DNA of 12,973 nucleotides from the NCBI RefSeq assembly GCF_006345805.1, contig NW_021826421.1, positions 1 to 12,973 of the forward strand. Reading direction: 5' to 3'. Below the pieces are notes generated by a model. That model did no database searches. It saw only the letters and a list, made by a program, of their open reading frames with translations, and was not told the origin of the DNA. The translations under genes were made by a program, and so were the position numbers. This stretch comes from Octopus sinensis (taxonomy: Eukaryota). Below, one piece after another: positions 8,396 through 12,973 of the stretch; within the stretch, counting starts at the first letter, position 1; each line of letters opens with the position of its first letter.

Positions 8396-8435
8396 GTGTG
8401 TGTGTGTGTGTGTGTGTGTGTTTGTGTGTGTGTGC
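8396..8435. repeat. (GT)n microsatellite
   Basis: Direct reading. Confidence 0.95.
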
Positions 8436-8666
8436 GGGGGGGGGCTGTTTGATAGCTTAACAGCTTCGTTAACAGACATATGCTCGTAAACTGTGAAAGG
8501 TTGCTTGAATACACCACAGCAGAAAGACCAAAATATATACGAAAATAACCGAAATTATTCTTTCTGTTCTATTACGGGTACATTTGCTGAATTTATTTTA
8601 TCTATTTTATATTGTTTTGTTTATTTATTTATTCATTTATTTATGTGTTTATTTGTGGGGTCATCT

Positions 8667-8953
8667 AATCGATTACACCAACCTCTGTGCTCGACTAGAA
8701 ATTCTTTCATCGATTCCTGAAGGATGAAAAGCAAAGTCGACTTCGGTGGTATTTGAACCCAATACGTGAAGACGGACGACATGACATTTTCTGATCGACT
8801 TATCCCCTCGGGCGCGGAGTTAAGTCAATTACATCGACCCCACTCACCCTCAAAAGCTCAGCTCAACTGGATTTGAACTCAGAATGTAAAGACGGACAAA
8901 ATGCTGCTAAATATTTTGTCGAGCATGCTAACGATTCTGCCAGCTCACCGCCT
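8667..8953 (-). mobile_element. Two adjacent decayed SINE family A fragments (8667-8780 and 8818-8953)
   Basis: GAAGGATGAAAAGCAAAGTCGACTTCGGTGGTATTTGAAC, and TTTGAACTCAGAATGTAAAGACGGAC...GCTAACGATTCTGCCAGCTCACCGCC (head). Confidence 0.7.
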
Positions 8954-9628
8954 TAAAAGAATTAACGAAATATCAAGAACATGGATCTTTGTGGTTTTCG
9001 CCACTGCATGTGGAAATCTTTAAAAAGTTAAGTTTTTTAATGTGTCATATAGATGTAATTTTTGACGCTGAATCAGAATTTCTTATTTATTTAATCCAGA
9101 AAAAAACTTTGCGAAAACTTTACACGTGTTTAAAGTTTGATAATTTTCAGAATTTTCAGCCAATCAGAAAACAGCGCGTTCGCTGCCTCTTCCATCATCA
9201 GAGGTGGGGGAGGACACCGGCATGTCAAGAAATTGAACGAGCTACAGTAAACAGTGAAAAACATTAAATCATTCGCGAGCAAATTAGATATTTAAAAGCA
9301 ACGAACAAACCAACAGGAGTTGCTAGAAATAACTGTCAAAACATTGCTTAAAATAGACATTTATTAGTTTAAAAGAATTGAAGAACGGAAATTGTGGCAA
9401 TCTCGTCACTGTTCTAAAATTTCTATATTGTTCTTGAATCGAATTCCTTCTGGTGTGTTTATGTCCCCGTCACTTAGCGCTTCGGCAAAAGAGACCAATA
9501 GAATAAGTACTAGGCTTCCGAAAGGCAGGGTAATTTTCCGTATTTTCACAAAAGCAATAGGGTCTCATAATTAGATTTGACGAACCACTGGTCAGAGCGG
9601 AGTGATCAAATTCGTTGTCACTAACCTC

Positions 9629-9653
9629 AATAAATAAATAAATAAATAAATAA
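9629..9653. repeat. (AATA)n microsatellite
   Basis: Direct reading. Confidence 0.9.
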
Positions 9654-10149
9654 AATGAATCAAATTAACAAATTTAAAATATCAATTATATTAATATAGT
9701 TTTATTAATTGTGATTTGATAATTAGCATTGCAATTATCTTCCTTCACCTCTCCGCGCATATTCAGATTTAAATTTAATAATAAGGAGATTAAGGGATCC
9801 TAATAACAGTTATTTATAAAGGAATTTTAATAACGCAGCCATTTTACCTTCAATTATATCTCAACCACATCCTGTTCTGCAAATAACACAACACTCGGTT
9901 CTCAAACTTCCTATTCGGTAATTTTCCTATTGTTCGTCCCATTGTTGCTAATTTATTGAATTCATTTATTTATTTGGGCTTTTGTTAAGACTTAAGAGTA
10001 TTTCTAATGAATGCTTAAATCCTGAGTACGTTCTCAGAAGAGGCCTTATGATTGAGGAAACTGTTTTATATCACAATGCAAAAGGAAACTGAATTCATAT
10101 GAATTGAAATTTTCGTTTCCAAATTTCAAATATTTAAAAATTATATATG

Positions 10150-10346
10150 TATAGGGAGATCGGCTGAATAATTCATAGGCTGGCCAAGATACTCTCATGG
10201 AATGTGATCAAATGAGGTTTATTTTTCAACATAGTCACCTTTGCGGTCCATGCGCTTCTTTCATTGGCGTTGCTTGCAGTGCTTCGATGCCATCGCTGAA
10301 GAAGCTTTTATCTTGTTGGTCGAAAGGTAATCAACAGCAGATATGA
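10150..10346 (-). mobile_element. Mariner (Tc1/mariner) remnant: transposase C-terminus plus probable terminal inverted repeat
   Basis: Allowing frameshifts, the minus strand reads ISAVD..FDQQDKSFFSDGIEALQ..R..KKRMDRKGDYVEK* (stop at 10219-10221), the typical mariner end. TIR-like GGCTGAATAATTCATAGGCTG lies next to TA-rich sequence. Confidence 0.75.
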
Positions 10347-10515
10347 ACAGGAATTAATCTTCTCTTTCCGCTCCTTTGCACCGTATGGGCTCAACCTCCC
10401 CTGCTCTTTTCATCTGACTCCCCTCCTCTCCTCTCCTCATCTGACACGTACTTCTTCTCTTCACTCATACCCGCAACAGTTGATATACTTGCGCGTACAA
10501 ATGCATGTTCCCACG

Positions 10516-10705
10516 GCTTTATCGATCGCATTCTCATCTGGAATCGATTTTTGCAATTTTTTCAAGACATACACGCCCTGATACCGTCGGTATCTACCTA
10601 TCAAATTTGAGCGCAATCGGATGGAGGATGCCCGAGATCCAAGGAGACACACACACACACACACACACACAGAGACGGAATAAAGCTCCCCCGTCCAATG
10701 GACGG
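10516..10705 (+). mobile_element. Short interspersed element, Helitron/Helentron-like non-autonomous type, copy 1
   Basis: Duplicated at 10881-11491. Contains ATCAAATTTGAGCGCAATCGG, an internal (CA)n and hairpins at 10580-10594 and 10691-10705. Class assignment is by resemblance only. Confidence 0.5.
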
Positions 10706-10880
10706 TGCTGAGTTGTCCAACATTTAAACCAAATTTTCTCAAAACAACTTGTCCAACCGTCCCATAGGCCTCCCCTTTGAGAAACACTGATTTAACCTAA
10801 ATTTGAGACACCAGCAAAAGAAGAAATAAAGATAGACTTTTTTCTATTCCAAAGAAAAACGCTTTTATTCACACAAATAT

Positions 10881-11491
10881 GCTTTATCGATCGCATTCTC
10901 ACCTGGAATCGATTTTTGTAATTTTTTCAAGACTTATACACGCCCTGATACCTATTTCTATTTCTCTATTACCCACATGGGGCTAAACATAGAGAGGACA
11001 AACAAGGACAGACATAGGTATTAAGTCGATTACATCGACCCCAGTGCGTAACTGGTACTTATTTAATCAACCCCGAAAGGATGAAAGGCAAAGTCGACCT
11101 CGGCGGAATTTGAACTCACAACGTAAAGAGAGACGAAATACCTATTTCTTTACTACCCACAAGGGGCTAAACACAGGGAGGACAAACAAGGACAGACAAA
11201 CGAATTAAGTCGATTATATAGACCCCAGTGCGTAACTGGTACTTATTTAATCGACCCCGAAAGGATGAAAGGCAAAGTCGACCTCGGTGGAATTTGAACT
11301 CAGAATGTAGCGGCAGACGAAACACTGCTAAGCATTTCGTCCGGCGTGCTAACGTTTCTGCCGGCTCGCCACTGATGCCGTCGGTGTCTACATATCAAAT
11401 TTGAGCGCAATCGAATGGAGGATGCCCGAGATCCTAGAAGACACACACACACACACAGACAGACAGACAGAACGGATTTTATATAATAGAT
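10881..11491 (+). mobile_element. Same element, copy 2, interrupted by a SINE dimer
   Basis: 10881-10951 plus 11372-11460 reconstruct copy 1; ends in (GACA)n...TTTTATATAATAGAT. Confidence 0.6.
10952..11371 (-). mobile_element. SINE family A dimer (headed unit 11142-11371, headless unit 10952-11141) with 7-bp TSD
   Basis: Head TGGCGAGCCGGCAGAAACGTTAGCACG, B box GAGTTCAAATTCC; TSD CTGATAC (10945-10951) / CTGATGC (11372-11378). Confidence 0.9.
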
Positions 11492-11890
11492 GTATAGTCA
11501 GATAGACTTAAAGACGGGCTTATAGAAAGACAGACTGGCAGCAAATAGAAAGATAAACAGATAGAGACACAATGACAGACATAGATAAATTGATAGGGCG
11601 ATATAAATTTGTGTATTTTTGAATTTATATTTCGATATTTCAATACATTTAACTTCTTAAAGGTTAAGTTTAATCTCAATGTGCGAGCGCGAGGCGTGCT
11701 CGTACGTGCGTATGCGTGCGTATGAGTGTGTACTTGTGTGTGTGTATGTGGTGGGGGTGTCGGTGTATACACTGATATATTTTTAATCCTATTAAGCTGA
11801 GAAGGCCCTTGTGAACGGTGGCACACTCGTGCCGTTGAAGCTGACAACAATAGATGGGAGGGAGGACGGGAGATTTGTCAAACAACAGTT

Positions 11891-11904
11891 GTTGTCATAG
11901 TAAC
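11891..11904. promoter_or_regulatory. RFX X-box-like palindromic motif GTTGTCATAGTAAC
   Basis: Matches the GTHNYY-AT-RRNAAC consensus at every position; lies in a non-repetitive island. Function not shown. Confidence 0.4.
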
Positions 11905-12085
11905 ACTTACTCGAAAGTCCTCAAGCCGTTGACTTTAACGCGCTCCCAACCTGCCCCTCCTACCATGCCCTACAGTCAGGGTCCTGACCACGCCTTCCTT
12001 CCCCGTCATATGACAAATAATGAGGTGTCACTGTTAAACTTTTGTTCTCCTTATCGACCAAGGGATTCGGTCAAATCCTGCCCCT

Positions 12086-12436
12086 ACTCTCCCCCTCTCT
12101 CTCTCTCCCTCCCTCTCTCACGCATCTACCCACGCTCCCTTTCTCTCACTTCTCTCTCTCTCCTTCCCTGCCTCTCTCTCCCTCTCTCTTTCCCTGCCTC
12201 TCTTTCCCTCTCTCTTTCCCTTCTCTCTTTCTCCTTGTCTCTCTCTTTCCCTTCTCTCTCTCCCTGTCTCTCTCTCTTTCCCTGCCTCTCTCTCGCACTC
12301 TCTCTATCACTCTTTCTATCACATCTCCCTCCCTCTCTCTATCTCACGCACACACAAACACACACACATACACACACAACACAAACACATACACAACACA
12401 AACACACACACAACACACACACACACACACACACAC
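12086..12436. repeat. (CT)n-rich tract followed by (CA)n
   Basis: Direct reading. Confidence 0.95.
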
Positions 12437-12499
12437 TCGCGCGCACATACGTAACCGCACGCGTACATACACTTTCTCTTTTCGTTTCGCATTCGCATG

Positions 12500-12745
12500 A
12501 TTCCCAGTTCGATCCCATCTCGTGACAACTTAACTGAGTTTAATTTTCCCTCGCCTCGGATCGAACCAACTGTGTGAAAGTTCTAAGGTAGATGAACCGT
12601 ACATGTCATTCAAAAGACACAGGTATATTATTACACTCAGCGATGTCATGGAGAATCTGCGAAGTACTCAGCCACTTACACGAGAATTTAATTCATCGAA
12701 CAAATAAATCGTTACCGAGTGAATCGCCTTCGACGCCGACGGACA
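12500..12745 (+). mobile_element. Probable highly decayed tRNA-derived SINE
   Basis: B-box-like GTTCGATCCC (12507-12516). Downstream GTACTCAGCCACTTACACG...CCGACGGA resembles a SINE tail as I recall it. Confidence 0.35.
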
Positions 12746-12761
12746 TCGAATACGCACGCGC

Positions 12762-12860
12762 GCGTGTGTATGTGTGTGTGAGTTTGTGTGCGTGTGTATA
12801 TATATATGTGTGTGTGAGTTTCTGTGTGTGTGTATGTGTGACTTTGTGTATGTTTGTGTG
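12762..12860. repeat. (GT)n-rich microsatellite
   Basis: Direct reading. Confidence 0.9.
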
Positions 12861-12888
12861 AGTTCGATTCCAAGCAGTGACCTGAATA

Positions 12889-12916
12889 AAATAATAATAA
12901 TAATAATCTAATATAA

Positions 12917-12951
<35 letters not shown>

Positions 12952-12973
12952 TAATAATAATAATAATAATGAT
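12889..12973. repeat. (AAT)n microsatellite running off the window edge
   Basis: Direct reading. Confidence 0.95.

Noticed and set aside
9040-9200. Possible DNA transposon subterminal sequence (TTTTTGACGCTGAATCAGAATT)
   Set aside because: Only a vague resemblance from memory; no partner inverted repeat or TSD found in the window.
11911-11966. Short first coding exon MVGGAGWERVKVNGLRTF ending at a GTAAGT donor (minus strand)
   Set aside because: An 18-codon frame is expected by chance; no homology recognised.

Overview
Eukaryotic, repeat-dense non-coding DNA (intronic or intergenic). The SINE families resemble ones I recall from octopus genomes, so a cephalopod origin is likely but cannot be verified here. 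No complete gene is present, and nearly all listed ORFs are artefacts of microsatellites or transposon remnants. Supported features: many tRNA-derived SINE copies (3 or more families, some as head-to-tail multimers); a 5'-truncated R4/Dong-like non-LTR retrotransposon carrying its restriction-like endonuclease domain; a mariner transposase 3' remnant; two copies of a Helitron-like short element, one split by a SINE dimer with a 7-bp TSD; a ~900-bp element bounded by ~165-bp direct repeats; a 21-bp minisatellite; and many microsatellites. One plausible internal coding exon lies on the minus strand (253-385). I cannot demonstrate a new biological system. The best leads are: (1) hammerhead-ribozyme core motifs in a non-canonical order in the direct repeats, (2) a helically phased array of overlapping STAT- and Rel-type motifs, (3) SINE multimers that all join at the same ATAC|CTATTTC junction, and (4) an RFX X-box in a candidate regulatory island. 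All four are hypotheses.
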